NCBI GenBank assembly: GCA_002310995.1 | Contig: DBYV01000035.1 | Span: 7,858 to 71,857, forward strand | Direction of reading: 5' to 3' | Source of the DNA: a bacterium UBP6_UBA1177 | Lineage (GTDB): Bacteria; UBP6; UBA1177 | Length of the DNA stretch: 64,000 nt | In this document: piece by piece, positions 28,088-37,967 of the stretch | Position numbering within the stretch: the first letter of the stretch is position 1 | How the letters are laid out: each line of letters opens with the position of its first letter | Notes under the pieces: generated by a model | Seen by the model: only the letters and a program-made list of their open reading frames with translations | What the model was told of the DNA's origin: nothing | Database searches by the model: none | Made by a program: the position numbers and the translations under genes

Positions 28088-28650
28088 TTATTCTCCAAAT
28101 TTTTTCCTTTAACGGCAAATACCGCAAAACCGAGAAAAGCCGCGGCGATGATGATTGTAATTGCCGAAAATTTGAGCGAAAACACATCTATTGCGAGCAT
28201 CGCCAGAGTTGATGCAACCAAAACCGCTATCGTAAACGGCTTTTTCTTCATGTTTTTTATCATCGTGACAGCTGCGCTTACGATGAGCACGCCGACTGCG
28301 CATTTTATGCCGAAAAAGGCGCTTTTGACGACCTGAATTTCGAGGAAGTTGTCGAGAACGCCCGAAATCAGAAGTATCACAAGGAAAGAAGGCATGACGA
28401 TTCCGGCTGTTGCCATGATCGAACCCAAAATTCCCGCCTGTCTGTAACCTACGAAAGTCGCGCAGTTTATGGCGATAGGCCCCGGTGTCGATTCCGCGAT
28501 GACGGTGACATTCATCATGTCGTCGTGGGTTATCCACTTTTTCTTTTCTACACAGTTATCCTCAATTACGCTCAGCATGGCATAGCCGCCGCCGAAAGTG
28601 AAAAAACCGATCTTCATGAATGTGAGAAAGAGATCAATCAGAATACGCAT
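28084..28650 (-). CDS. chrA: chromate transporter (CHR family), half-size subunit
   Basis: 188 aa. FMKIGFFTFGGGYAMLSVI and AESTPGPIAINCATFVG. Tandem pair of short CHR genes. Confidence 0.8.
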   Translation of the reverse strand: MRILIDLFLTFMKIGFFTFGGGYAMLSVIEDNCVEKKKWITHDDMMNVTVIAESTPGPIAINCATFVGYRQAGILGSIMATAGIVMPSFLVILLISGVLDNFLEIQVVKSAFFGIKCAVGVLIVSAAVTMIKNMKKKPFTIAVLVASTLAMLAIDVFSLKFSAITIIIAAAFLGFAVFAVKGKNLENK

Positions 28651-28733
28651 AAAAAAACCTGCACAAAAAATTGCGTTGAATTGATACTGAAAAAAATGGA
28701 AAAAGCTATTTTAAGGGATTGATTTAAAGGATT

Positions 28734-30869
28734 TTATTCTGCGGGAACGATAGCGATGTTGTCAAAAATTGCCCAGCGAGCTTTGCTCCCGTTACCTCCG
28801 AATTTGAATTCAAGAGAACATGTCTGGCCATTCCAGTTTTCAGCCGTAACGTTGGATGTATCAATCCAAGTATTGTTAAGATCGCTGTTGCCGAAATCTA
28901 TTGTGAGCGGACTGCCGCTTTCATTGTATTGCCAGCTTCCGTTAGTCACAAAATGATCAGTTTTATTCCACTTGTAATAATAAGATTGAGTACCGCATTT
29001 AAGCAGGATGGAAATCGTTACTATCTGATCTGTGGCAAGCTGGAAAGATATTTTCTGCGGAAGTTTTGCGGTATCTGAAATTTCAAAAGTGTGCGATTTA
29101 AGAACACTTTTAGCACTATTGCCTTTTGTCGCCGAAACTTTCAATGCTGGATTTTCTCCAAACATTGCCTTCTCAAAACTTCCATCGTCAGTTGTCCAAA
29201 GCCACGGCTCCTTATCAGAAGCCCAAACTGAGAAATCTCCGTTCCAGATTATATCTTTATCTGAAAGTTCGGGAACATTTGCGTGACCGGTTCCTGCGTG
29301 ACCACCTTCATCAGAAAACTCTGATGTCTTTTTCCAAGTTTTGCCGTTGTCGGCACTGAAACGGAATTCATATTCGTATTCACCTGCCGAAGGGAACGCA
29401 TAAGTGTATTTATATTCATCATTATTACCGAACGCGGTGCCGATCCCTGTGCCGTCATTAAAAGCTTCATTGACGTCAGCTTCATACCAAACATATTCCA
29501 TCTCGGCATCTTTTGGTCTGACTCCGAACTGAGCTCTGACACCCATCAAAAATTCAGATGAATTGACTGTTTGATCAGTAAGTCCTTCAATATAAACTCT
29601 GCCGTAAAATGTTACTGGATAATCGAGTCTGAAAGTATAGTTGTCAGAATCTTTCGGATACTGAATATCAGCCCAGCCTACGGAATAGTTGTGTTCCTCA
29701 CCACCGCATTCTCCGCCGTAATAAACGAGCTCAAAATCATCGACTATAATTTCTGTTTCACCATAGCTGGAAGAGTTTCCAGTTCTAAACATAAGTCTCA
29801 ATTCATTATTCTGCCATTTTTCTGCTGTAATCTCGGAACCGAAAATAATAATTACATCATGCATCTGAGGATTTTCGGTGTCATCGAAATTGACAGGTTG
29901 GTTAAAAACATTTTGTTTATGATTTGCATCCGTAGCAAGAACAAAAGCTCTGCTTTGCGCATGCCAGTTGTAGGAGTAATAATTGTTATTGTTGTTCTTG
30001 TCCCACAACAAGCTTACTACGACAGGAGACGCCTTAAGAGCAGCCATTTTGAATTTAACGCCTACCGGAATTTCGGCATCAGCTGCGGATGCAAATTTGA
30101 TTTGTATAACAGGCTGATTGTCATCATAAGATGTCGCGATTTTAAGAGCATTGTCGACATTTGTGTATGTCGTAACCGGAGTTCCTGCTTGATATTCAAT
30201 TCCTTTCTTTTCCCAATATTTCGGTGTCCCGTCTTCATTCCATTCGCTGAAGTCGCCGTTCGGAATCTGGACACAAGCAGGATTAGGTTCAGTGTCACCG
30301 GTATCAGTGTCAGACGTATCCGCTGTGTCAGATGTATCTGCTGTGTCTGAAGTGTCTGATGTATCTGCTGTATCGGATGTGTCGGAAGTATCAGAGGTGT
30401 CGGAAGTATCAGATGTGTCCGATGTGTCTGAAGTGTCTGACGTATCAGATGTATCTGATGTGTCGGATGTGTCTGAAGTATCGGACGTATCTGAAGTGTC
30501 GGAAGTATCAGAGGTGTCTGACGTATCAGATGTGTCCGATGTGTCTGAAGTATCGGACGTATCAGAAGTGTCGGTTGTGTCTGAAGTATCGGACGTATCA
30601 GAAGTATCGGACGTATCAGAAGTGTCGGTTGTGTCTGAAGTATCAGACGTGTCTGAAGTGTCGGATGTGTCGGATGTATCTGAAGTATCGGACGTATCAG
30701 AAGTGTCGGTTGTGTCAGACGGATCTTCTGTGTCGCTCGGATCTTCAACAATATCCTCATCCGTTACTTCGGAATCAGGAAGTTTGTCATCCGTTTTTTT
30801 GTCGTCTCCGCAGGATGTTACAAACATCATGAAGAGCAATGCCAATGCCAAAGTCATAAAATTTTTCAT
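28734..30869 (-). CDS. secreted lipoprotein with long (Asp-Thr-Ser)n linker and CBM-like modules
   Basis: Start placed at ATG 30869 behind GGAGGCAAAAAG (ORF-track start 31034 would overlap clpP). Signal peptide plus lipobox VTSC, a DTS repeat, and two NGDFSxW-type jelly-roll/CBM-like segments. Confidence 0.6.
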   Translation of the reverse strand: MKNFMTLALALLFMMFVTSCGDDKKTDDKLPDSEVTDEDIVEDPSDTEDPSDTTDTSDTSDTSDTSDTSDTSDTSDTSDTTDTSDTSDTSDTSDTSDTTDTSDTSDTSDTSDTSDTSDTSDTSDTSDTSDTSDTSDTSDTSDTSDTSDTSDTSDTSDTSDTSDTSDTADTSDTSDTADTSDTADTSDTDTGDTEPNPACVQIPNGDFSEWNEDGTPKYWEKKGIEYQAGTPVTTYTNVDNALKIATSYDDNQPVIQIKFASAADAEIPVGVKFKMAALKASPVVVSLLWDKNNNNNYYSYNWHAQSRAFVLATDANHKQNVFNQPVNFDDTENPQMHDVIIIFGSEITAEKWQNNELRLMFRTGNSSSYGETEIIVDDFELVYYGGECGGEEHNYSVGWADIQYPKDSDNYTFRLDYPVTFYGRVYIEGLTDQTVNSSEFLMGVRAQFGVRPKDAEMEYVWYEADVNEAFNDGTGIGTAFGNNDEYKYTYAFPSAGEYEYEFRFSADNGKTWKKTSEFSDEGGHAGTGHANVPELSDKDIIWNGDFSVWASDKEPWLWTTDDGSFEKAMFGENPALKVSATKGNSAKSVLKSHTFEISDTAKLPQKISFQLATDQIVTISILLKCGTQSYYYKWNKTDHFVTNGSWQYNESGSPLTIDFGNSDLNNTWIDTSNVTAENWNGQTCSLEFKFGGNGSKARWAIFDNIAIVPAE
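30292..30745. repeat. tandem 9-bp repeat encoding (D-T-S)n
   Basis: GA(Y)AC(N)TC(N) units are repeated about 45 times with wobble variation. All six frames are open across the tract. Confidence 0.9.
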
Positions 30870-31008
30870 CTTTTTGCCTCCAAAACTAAAAAAGTGCCAA
30901 AACAAACGACAGATTATAGTGTCATTCTTAATTAAAGCAATGAAAAAGTTCTTAAAGAGAGTTGCAAAAAAAACAAAAAATGATAAATAGAGCGGTTTTA
31001 ATTGTTTC

Positions 31009-31626
31009 ATGGAGAACAAAATGCAAAAAAACATCAGACCTTATTCAGGACTTGTTCCGATAGTTGTTGAAAAGGAAGGCGGCGGCGAAAGATCTTACGA
31101 CATCTACTCCCGTCTGCTCAAAGACCGCATCATTTTCATAGGCGAAGAAATCACTGACGACCTTGCAAACGCCGTTGTTGCAGAGCTTCTTCTTCTCGAA
31201 GGACAGGACAGCGAACAGGATATCTACATTTATGTCAACAGCCCTGGCGGATCGGTAACGGCAGGACTCGCAATCTATGACACGATTCAATACATTAAGC
31301 CCGATGTTTCTATGATTTGTGTCGGTCAGGCCGCTAGCATGGCTGCTGTTCTTATGTCTTGTGGAGCAAAAGGAAAAAGATTTGCCCTTCCCAACTCCCG
31401 CATCATGATTCACCAGCCTATGGGCGGTTTCCGCGGTCAGGCAACCGATATAGAAATTCAGGCGAAAGAGATACTTTTCATCAAAGACCGCCTACTTCAG
31501 ATACTCCATTCGCATACAGGCAAAGATATTGAAACTCTCCGCGCTGATATGGAACGCGATTTCTTCATGTCAGCTGAAGAAGCCGTTAAATACGGTCTGA
31601 TTGATAGTGTGGTAACAAAAAGATAG
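31009..31626 (+). CDS. clpP: ATP-dependent Clp protease proteolytic subunit
   Basis: Motifs [41 protein letters not shown] and IMIHQP contain the Ser-His-Asp triad regions. Confidence 0.95.
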   Translation: MENKMQKNIRPYSGLVPIVVEKEGGGERSYDIYSRLLKDRIIFIGEEITDDLANAVVAELLLLEGQDSEQDIYIYVNSPGGSVTAGLAIYDTIQYIKPDVSMICVGQAASMAAVLMSCGAKGKRFALPNSRIMIHQPMGGFRGQATDIEIQAKEILFIKDRLLQILHSHTGKDIETLRADMERDFFMSAEEAVKYGLIDSVVTKR

Positions 31627-31632
31627 GTCAAA

Positions 31633-32901
31633 ATGGCACAACGAAACAAACAGGACATCCACTGCTCTTTCTGCGGAAGACCGCAGACAGAAGTAGAAAG
31701 AATAATTTACGGCAGAAACGCTTACATTTGCAATGAATGTGTGGAAATGTGCGCAGAGCTTCTTGGAGAAAACGCTCAAGTTGCAGAAAACAAAGAACCG
31801 AAAAGTAGCAGAAACGAGGGAATTCATACGACTCCGATGCAAATAAAATCTTATCTTGATCAGTTCGTCATCGGTCAGGAATATGCGAAAAAAGTTCTCT
31901 CCGTCGCAGTTTACAACCACTACAAAAGGGTTCGTTCGCTGCAAAAAACCAATATTCAAAAAAGCAATATCCTGCTTCTCGGCCCAACAGGTTCGGGAAA
32001 AACGCTTCTGGCCAGAACTTTGGCAACTTTCCTTGACGTTCCGTTCAGTATTGCCGATGCAACGACGCTCACAGAAGCCGGATATGTCGGCGAAGATGTC
32101 GAAAATGTTCTTCTTTCGCTGATTCAGGCGGCGAATTACGACATCGAAAAGGCAGAACACGGCATAATTTATATTGATGAAATCGACAAAATCGCCAGAA
32201 AATCTGAAAATACTTCGATAACACGCGATGTCAGCGGCGAAGGAGTACAGCAGGCGCTTCTGAAAATAATAGAAGGAACTGTTGCGAACGTGCCTCCGAC
32301 AGGCGGCAGAAAACATCCGCATCAGGAATATCTGAAAATTGACACTTCCAACATTCTTTTCATTGTCGGCGGCGCATTCGAAGGGATTGAAAAAATCATT
32401 GCGCGCAGAATCGGCAGAAAGAAAGTCGGCTTCGGCTCAGAAACCGGCAAAAAAATCGAAGAAAAACACATACTCTCCGAAATTCAGCCGGAAGATCTTC
32501 TCCGTTTCGGACTTATCCCTGAACTTATCGGCAGACTCCCGATGACAGCTTACCTCGAAGAACTTACCGCAGATGAACTGCGCAGAGTTCTGACCGAGCC
32601 AAAAAACGCGCTGATTACTCAGTACAAAGAGCTTTTCATGCTGGACGGAATCGAACTTTCCTTTTCAGATGGTGCTCTTGACGCAATCGTCAAAAAGACC
32701 GAGCAGCTTAAAACAGGCGCCCGTGGTCTGAGACGCATACTCGAAACAGCCATGCTTGACATAATGTATGACACACCCGAAGAAAAGGAAAACCTTAAAG
32801 AAATCGTTATCACACCTGAAGTGATCACATCAGGCAAAAAACCTCTGAAAAAATATAAAATCGAACAATCCAAAAATAGAAATACCGGCAAAGGAGCATA
32901 G
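31633..32901 (+). CDS. clpX: ATP-dependent Clp protease ATP-binding subunit ClpX
   Basis: Zinc finger [27 protein letters not shown], Walker A GPTGSGKT and Walker [10 protein letters not shown]. Confidence 0.95.
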   Translation: MAQRNKQDIHCSFCGRPQTEVERIIYGRNAYICNECVEMCAELLGENAQVAENKEPKSSRNEGIHTTPMQIKSYLDQFVIGQEYAKKVLSVAVYNHYKRVRSLQKTNIQKSNILLLGPTGSGKTLLARTLATFLDVPFSIADATTLTEAGYVGEDVENVLLSLIQAANYDIEKAEHGIIYIDEIDKIARKSENTSITRDVSGEGVQQALLKIIEGTVANVPPTGGRKHPHQEYLKIDTSNILFIVGGAFEGIEKIIARRIGRKKVGFGSETGKKIEEKHILSEIQPEDLLRFGLIPELIGRLPMTAYLEELTADELRRVLTEPKNALITQYKELFMLDGIELSFSDGALDAIVKKTEQLKTGARGLRRILETAMLDIMYDTPEEKENLKEIVITPEVITSGKKPLKKYKIEQSKNRNTGKGA

Positions 32902-32906
32902 TTTTA

Positions 32907-35255
32907 ATGATTTCCAAAAATACTTTTCCACTGTTTCTCTACAACGACACTGTTATATTTCCCTATTACTCGTTCACCATTTCAGTTGATGATCCCTATG
33001 AACACGAAGTCTTCAGCAGGGCTTTCGAAAAAGAAGAACAGGTTGTTGTTGCGGCATTCAAAAAGCTTCCCGATGATCCTGAAAAAAGCATTTTTCTTCC
33101 AGTGGCTACACTTTGCGATGTCATTCACTTAGAAGAAGTTGAAAACAGAAGGTACAAAGTTGTTCTTGCCGGTGCGAAACGCGTCCTTTTTTACTCTTAT
33201 CAACGTGATCCGCAAACTCATCTTTTCACGGTAAAAGTCAAAGAGTTCAAGACAACTTTTCCGAAGGAGAAAAACCCTGCAACTGCAAGAAGAATCCTGG
33301 AAGATGCTCTCAAAAGATACTTTGACATAGCAGGTTTTCCGCCGGAGAAAGCAAATCAGATCACCGAGGAGGAAAATCTTGAAGATTTCGTCGACTGCTG
33401 CGCCTCATCCCTGGATCAGTCCATGGACCCCGAAGGTTTCCGCAGAGTTTTTGAAGAGAAGGATCTTTACAAAAGAATACTTGATCTTACAAAGATTTTC
33501 CTTGCCGAAACCAACATTGCAAACATTGAAAACGAAATAGACGACGAGGTTCACGAGCGTTTTGAAAGAAGTCAGCGCGAGCAGTTTTTAAGAGAGAAAA
33601 TCCGAGTTCTCAACGAAGAACTGAACGGAGAAAACTATCAAGGCGATTCCGAGAACGGCGGCGATCCGAACAAAAGTCTGAATTTCGACCTCAATTCTTT
33701 CAAGGCGCCGGATTATGTAAAAGAACGTCTTAAAACCGAACTCACGAAATCGGCACGTATTCCTCCCTTCACGCCGGAACAGGAAGTTATAAGAAATTAC
33801 ATAGAAACAATTCAATCGCTTCCGTGGGAAGAATCGACAAAGTGTGAAATAGATATCGACTGCGCCAGAAAGCAGCTTGACGATGACCACTACGGACTTA
33901 CCGAAGTCAAGGAACGGATTCTTGAATATCTGGCTGTTCTCAAACTTTCCGGAAATCTGAAAGCTCCGATAATCTGTCTCGCCGGCCCTCCCGGAGTGGG
34001 CAAAACGAGTATTGCATCCTCTCTTGCCGCGGCAACCGGAAGAAAATTCGTTCGTCAGTCATTGGGTGGTCTTCGCGACGAAGCCGAAATCAGAGGTCAC
34101 AGACGCACCTATTTAGCTGCTCTGCCAGGGAAAATCATCCTTTCGCTTCAAAAGGTCAAAGTCAACAACCCGCTGTTTTTGTTGGATGAAATTGACAAAC
34201 TCGGTGCTGACTACAAAGGTGACCCATCTTCCGCGCTGCTTGAAGTTCTCGACCCGGAGCAGAACAAAACTTTTACAGATCACTTTCTTGACCTTGAATT
34301 TGACCTCAGCAACGTCCTTTTTGTCGCTACTGCAAACGACAAAAACAAAATTCCAGTTGCACTGAAAGACAGGATGGAAGTCATTGATATTGACGGTTAC
34401 ACAACTTTCGAGAAGAAAAATATCGCAAAAAAACATCTCATTCCGAAAGAGAAAAAGCTCAACGGAATCGAGGACACCAATCTGGATTTTACAGAAGATG
34501 CCTTAGATTTACTGATAAAATCATATACTTGCGAAGCAGGAGTGCGTGAACTCGAAAGAAAAATCGCATCAATTTGCAGAAAAACCGCACTTGCCAAAGC
34601 GGAAGGCAAAGAAACGGAATCAACTATAACCAAAGAAAATCTCGGCAAATATCTCGGAGTCGAAAAATATTCCGAGGACGCAATCGGCAAAGAGCCTGAA
34701 ATCGGCGTTGTCAACGGTCTGGCTTGGACCCCATACGGTGGAACAGTTCTTCAAGTCGAAGCGATAAAATATCCTGGGAAAGGTGGTTTTGAAGTCACCG
34801 GCAGTCTCGGTGATGTAATGAAAGAATCTGTAAAGATTGCAGCAAGTTATGTCCGTTCACTCTTCTCTGAAAATAAAATTGTAGATGACGAAATATGGGA
34901 CAAACAGACTATCCACATCCACTTTCCGGACGGCGCGACGCCAAAAGACGGACCTTCAGCCGGCGGCGCGATTTCGCTTGCAATTGCCTCCTTAATGTCG
35001 GGAATTCCGGTGCAGCCGAAAATCGCTATGACAGGCGAAGTTTCGCTCAAAGGAAAAATCACGAAAATAGGCGGTCTCAAAGCAAAAGTCATGGCAGCAA
35101 AACAGGCTGGAATTACGAAACTTTTCATTCCCGAGGAAAACCGCGGTGACTACAGTGAAATTCCAGATGAAATCAAGGACGGAATCAAAGTAAAATTCGT
35201 AAAAGAGTGCCGCGAAATTCTGAAGGAAGCTCTTCCCGAACTTAAAATCAGCTGA
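32907..35255 (+). CDS. lon: Lon protease
   Basis: 782 aa. Walker A GPPGVGKTS, Walker B LFLLDEIDK, and the protease Ser motif PKDGPSAG with a downstream K. Confidence 0.95.
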   Translation: MISKNTFPLFLYNDTVIFPYYSFTISVDDPYEHEVFSRAFEKEEQVVVAAFKKLPDDPEKSIFLPVATLCDVIHLEEVENRRYKVVLAGAKRVLFYSYQRDPQTHLFTVKVKEFKTTFPKEKNPATARRILEDALKRYFDIAGFPPEKANQITEEENLEDFVDCCASSLDQSMDPEGFRRVFEEKDLYKRILDLTKIFLAETNIANIENEIDDEVHERFERSQREQFLREKIRVLNEELNGENYQGDSENGGDPNKSLNFDLNSFKAPDYVKERLKTELTKSARIPPFTPEQEVIRNYIETIQSLPWEESTKCEIDIDCARKQLDDDHYGLTEVKERILEYLAVLKLSGNLKAPIICLAGPPGVGKTSIASSLAAATGRKFVRQSLGGLRDEAEIRGHRRTYLAALPGKIILSLQKVKVNNPLFLLDEIDKLGADYKGDPSSALLEVLDPEQNKTFTDHFLDLEFDLSNVLFVATANDKNKIPVALKDRMEVIDIDGYTTFEKKNIAKKHLIPKEKKLNGIEDTNLDFTEDALDLLIKSYTCEAGVRELERKIASICRKTALAKAEGKETESTITKENLGKYLGVEKYSEDAIGKEPEIGVVNGLAWTPYGGTVLQVEAIKYPGKGGFEVTGSLGDVMKESVKIAASYVRSLFSENKIVDDEIWDKQTIHIHFPDGATPKDGPSAGGAISLAIASLMSGIPVQPKIAMTGEVSLKGKITKIGGLKAKVMAAKQAGITKLFIPEENRGDYSEIPDEIKDGIKVKFVKECREILKEALPELKIS

Positions 35256-35787
35256 AAAATCCAGCAAAACAAGCAGGAATTCTGCCGTATTTCAAAAAAA
35301 CTTTTTTGAGAAAATCTTGAGTTTTTTCCTTCTCTTTCAAGTCTTCTTCCGTCAGAACAGGCGTATCGGGAAAAAGTGCGAGAACTCTCTCCGCAAAAAA
35401 TCCGCTCGCTTCGTAAGAAATGATTTTTTCACTTTTTCCTTCAAAAAGTTTGGTGTTTTTTACTCCACAGCTCGGACTTTTTGCTTTAAGAAAAAAACCA
35501 TCAATATTTATCAATGTTTCTAAATAGTTATTTGAATATTCAAGCATTTTTTCGGTCCAGAATTTTCCGGTTTCAGGCTGAAAGAGGAGATTTTTTTCGT
35601 CAATTCTGATAACTCTGATTTTTTCGCGCGGGCAGCCTAAATCTATCGCGATTTCGGGGCACCAATGAATGATTTCCGCGTGTTTTTTGAGATTTTCGGC
35701 AAAATCGCAGAAAAAATCTTTCCCGTCATAGCGGCATTTGTCGAATCCGAAGCATCTGCTCATATAAATTTTTGGTTTTTTGCTCAT
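35248..35787 (-). CDS. DUF523-family protein (TudS/YbbK-like, Cys-rich)
   Basis: Start placed at ATG 35787 behind GGGAGGAAAAA. SRCFGFDKCRYDGK resembles the SACLLGxxCRYDG motif of DUF523. The 3' end overlaps the lon stop by 8 nt (convergent genes). Confidence 0.5.
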   Translation of the reverse strand: MSKKPKIYMSRCFGFDKCRYDGKDFFCDFAENLKKHAEIIHWCPEIAIDLGCPREKIRVIRIDEKNLLFQPETGKFWTEKMLEYSNNYLETLINIDGFFLKAKSPSCGVKNTKLFEGKSEKIISYEASGFFAERVLALFPDTPVLTEEDLKEKEKTQDFLKKVFLKYGRIPACFAGFFS

Positions 35788-35851
35788 TTTTTCCTCCCGA
35801 AAAGTCATTTTTTCAATAGCCTTTTAAAAAAAAAAGTCCATTTCATTTTAG

Positions 35852-35900
35852 ACGTGACGACGTAATGGTGCAACGACGTGACGATGAAATAACGTGACGA
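35852..35900. promoter_or_regulatory. three direct ACGTGACGA repeats (possible operator) upstream of the DUF523 gene
   Basis: ACGTGACGA occurs at 35852-35860, 35876-35884 and 35892-35900, which is 65-113 nt upstream of the minus-strand ATG at 35787. Confidence 0.3.
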
Positions 35901-36138
35901 TGGAATCAACCGAAAATTTGACTCTTTTTGAAAGAAGACTAACATTTTTATGCCTGCCCGGTGCGTGAGCTTGGGGCGTTAGAAGTTTTTTCCTATTTAA
36001 ATTTTGGGGTTTGTACTTACTACCGTGAATGTTGATCGGTTCGGCTTTCCCCACCTGTGAGCACAGGATAAAGCTTGCTTCGGGCCACGGCCACGGCGGG
36101 TTTTCTGATTATTTTCCGAAAATTCAGATGTTTTCAGG

Positions 36139-37818
36139 TTATTTTTTTGAACCTTTTTTCTGGTTCACAAGGTGTGTGTAGAGTGTTCTTCTTATCTTTT
36201 TGGTCGAAGTTTTCTGGAATTCTTCAGTATGTATCCTGATTTCCGAAATTTTTGCATACGCAGGAAGAGTTTCATTCAGTTCATCCCGGTTCTGCTGCAT
36301 GATTCCTACGAGCTGATCCTCTGTGACATTTTCAGCTTTCATTTTGTCATAATCGGGATAAACAAACGCTATCAGCCTCCCTTTGCCGCCGTCGAGAACG
36401 AGCGATTCTGAGACAAACGGCATATAGTTGATTTTGAGTTCGATCTCTTCCGGATAGATGTTCTGCCCGGACGAAGAAAGAATCATGTTCTTCAGTCTTC
36501 CGCAGATAAAAAGGAAGCCGTCTTTGTCTATTCTGCCAAGGTCACCGGTGTGAAGCCATCCTTCGCTGTCGAGAACTTCGGCGGTCTCCTTCTCCATTTT
36601 GTAGTAGCCGCTCATTATGTTCTCCCCTTTGACGCAGATCTCGCCTACTCCTTTTTTGTCGGGATTGTCGATTTTGGCAGTCAAGTAGGTCATGATTTTT
36701 CCGCAGCTGCCGATTTTGCGGTTATCTGCGTAGTCGGTGTATGCGATAAGCGGTGCGCACTCGGTCATTCCGTATCCGGTCGTGAATCTGACGCCTGATT
36801 TGAGAAGGAACGATTCGATTTTCGGGTTGAAAGCGGCTCCGCCGGAGATGACTTCGTAACACTTTCCGCCGAAGAAATCGCTGATCCCCTTCCCTATTTT
36901 CTTCATTATTATCTGTCTGATGCCGGGAATCGCCATAAGAATCCTCATTTTCTTGGTCTCAAGTAGCGGACGGATCTTTGAAGTGTATATTTTTTCAAGG
37001 ATGAGCGGAACCGAAATGACAAGAAAAGGCTTGGCTTCGCCGAAAGCCTTGATAAGAATTTTCGGTGTCGGTGTTCTGCTCATGAAAATTATGTGAAGCC
37101 CTCTTGCAACCTGAAGAAGAAAGTCAAAAGCGCATCCGAAACAGTGTGCCAGCGGGAGAAACGAAACCATTGCCTCACCGCCTTTCGGAAGAGAATCAAT
37201 GGCATACTGGATATTCGCCATAAGACAGTTGTGCGAAATCATGACACCTTTTGAAAAACCGGTCGTTCCTGATGTGTAGACTATCGTCGCAAGATCGGTC
37301 TTTGCAGGAATTTCAAAAGAAAGCGTTTCTTTCGTAATAGTCTGTGTTTTAACAAAATTATCAATAATTCCGGCAATTTTTTCACTCAGATTTTCTTCTT
37401 TTGAAAACACCGCCGACATATCTTCAAGTTTGAAAACGGCTTCGACTTCCGGAAGCTGCGCGAAATTAAGTTTTTCTTCTATTATGAGTTCAGAAGCGAA
37501 AAAGAGCTTTGAATCGGAGTGATTGACAAGATGGTGTATCTCTTCAGCCGTAAAATCGCTGAGAAGCGGAACGATTACAGCGCCGTAAGTCACTGTTGCA
37601 AGGTAGGTTACAGCCCAGTTTACCGAATTTTTGCCGCAGAGAGCGATCTTGTCGCCTTTTTTTATGCCGATAGCTTTGAATATCTCATGTAACTCTTTTA
37701 TTTTATTGGCTGTTTCGCCGAAAGTAAGAGGCTCTGAACCGTAATCGCTGAAACACGGTTTATCCCAATTCAGTTTAAAGGAATCTTCAAAAACCTTTAC
37801 GAGATCTTCTTTCAACAT
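36139..37818 (-). CDS. AMP-dependent long-chain acyl-CoA ligase
   Basis: YTSGTTGFSKGVM (AMP-binding motif), GYGMTE, GWLHTGDLG and the C-terminal KIRR. Start placed at ATG 37818 behind GGAGGGG (ORF-track TTG is at 37836). Confidence 0.85.
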   Translation of the reverse strand: MLKEDLVKVFEDSFKLNWDKPCFSDYGSEPLTFGETANKIKELHEIFKAIGIKKGDKIALCGKNSVNWAVTYLATVTYGAVIVPLLSDFTAEEIHHLVNHSDSKLFFASELIIEEKLNFAQLPEVEAVFKLEDMSAVFSKEENLSEKIAGIIDNFVKTQTITKETLSFEIPAKTDLATIVYTSGTTGFSKGVMISHNCLMANIQYAIDSLPKGGEAMVSFLPLAHCFGCAFDFLLQVARGLHIIFMSRTPTPKILIKAFGEAKPFLVISVPLILEKIYTSKIRPLLETKKMRILMAIPGIRQIIMKKIGKGISDFFGGKCYEVISGGAAFNPKIESFLLKSGVRFTTGYGMTECAPLIAYTDYADNRKIGSCGKIMTYLTAKIDNPDKKGVGEICVKGENIMSGYYKMEKETAEVLDSEGWLHTGDLGRIDKDGFLFICGRLKNMILSSSGQNIYPEEIELKINYMPFVSESLVLDGGKGRLIAFVYPDYDKMKAENVTEDQLVGIMQQNRDELNETLPAYAKISEIRIHTEEFQKTSTKKIRRTLYTHLVNQKKGSKK

Positions 37819-37967
37819 TTTCCCCTCCGGAAGCAAAAAACCTGCAAAAAATAGCGTTTTTAAGGCTTCGTGTCAACAATAGAACCGCTATTTATTGTTT
37901 TAACTGGACAAAAAGGGCTCTTTTTGTATTATCGCGCGGTTTTATTAAGTTTTTTGGTCAAAGCAAT

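Noticed and set aside
30062-30990. Three overlapping ORFs of 166-232 aa (30062-30760 minus strand; 30292-30990 and 30332-30832 plus strand) with extreme repeats (LIRPILQT..., SDVSEVSDVS..., RTYQKCRL...)
   Set aside because: They are alternative-frame and antisense readings of the 9-bp DTS tandem repeat, which keeps all frames open. Only the DTS frame is continuous with a signal peptide and folded domains.
30870-31034. N-terminal extension of the DTS lipoprotein ORF ([12 protein letters not shown]...) overlapping the clpP start
   Set aside because: The internal ATG at 30869 has a strong GGAGG site and yields a textbook lipoprotein signal. The extension has no RBS and would overlap clpP divergently.
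31570-32322. 250-aa minus-strand ORF inside clpX
   Set aside because: It is antisense to a near-canonical ClpX and has no motifs of its own. This is a shadow ORF. The same reasoning applies to 52468-53313 (antisense to the mutase), 18275-19186 (antisense to the amidase), 20057-20680 (antisense to the OMP) and 29571-30350.
35848-36054. 68-aa minus-strand ORF in the ligase-DUF523 spacer
   Set aside because: It has no Shine-Dalgarno site, its basic odd composition is implausible, and it overlaps the ACGTGACGA repeats and the hairpins. The region is treated as regulatory or possible RNA instead.
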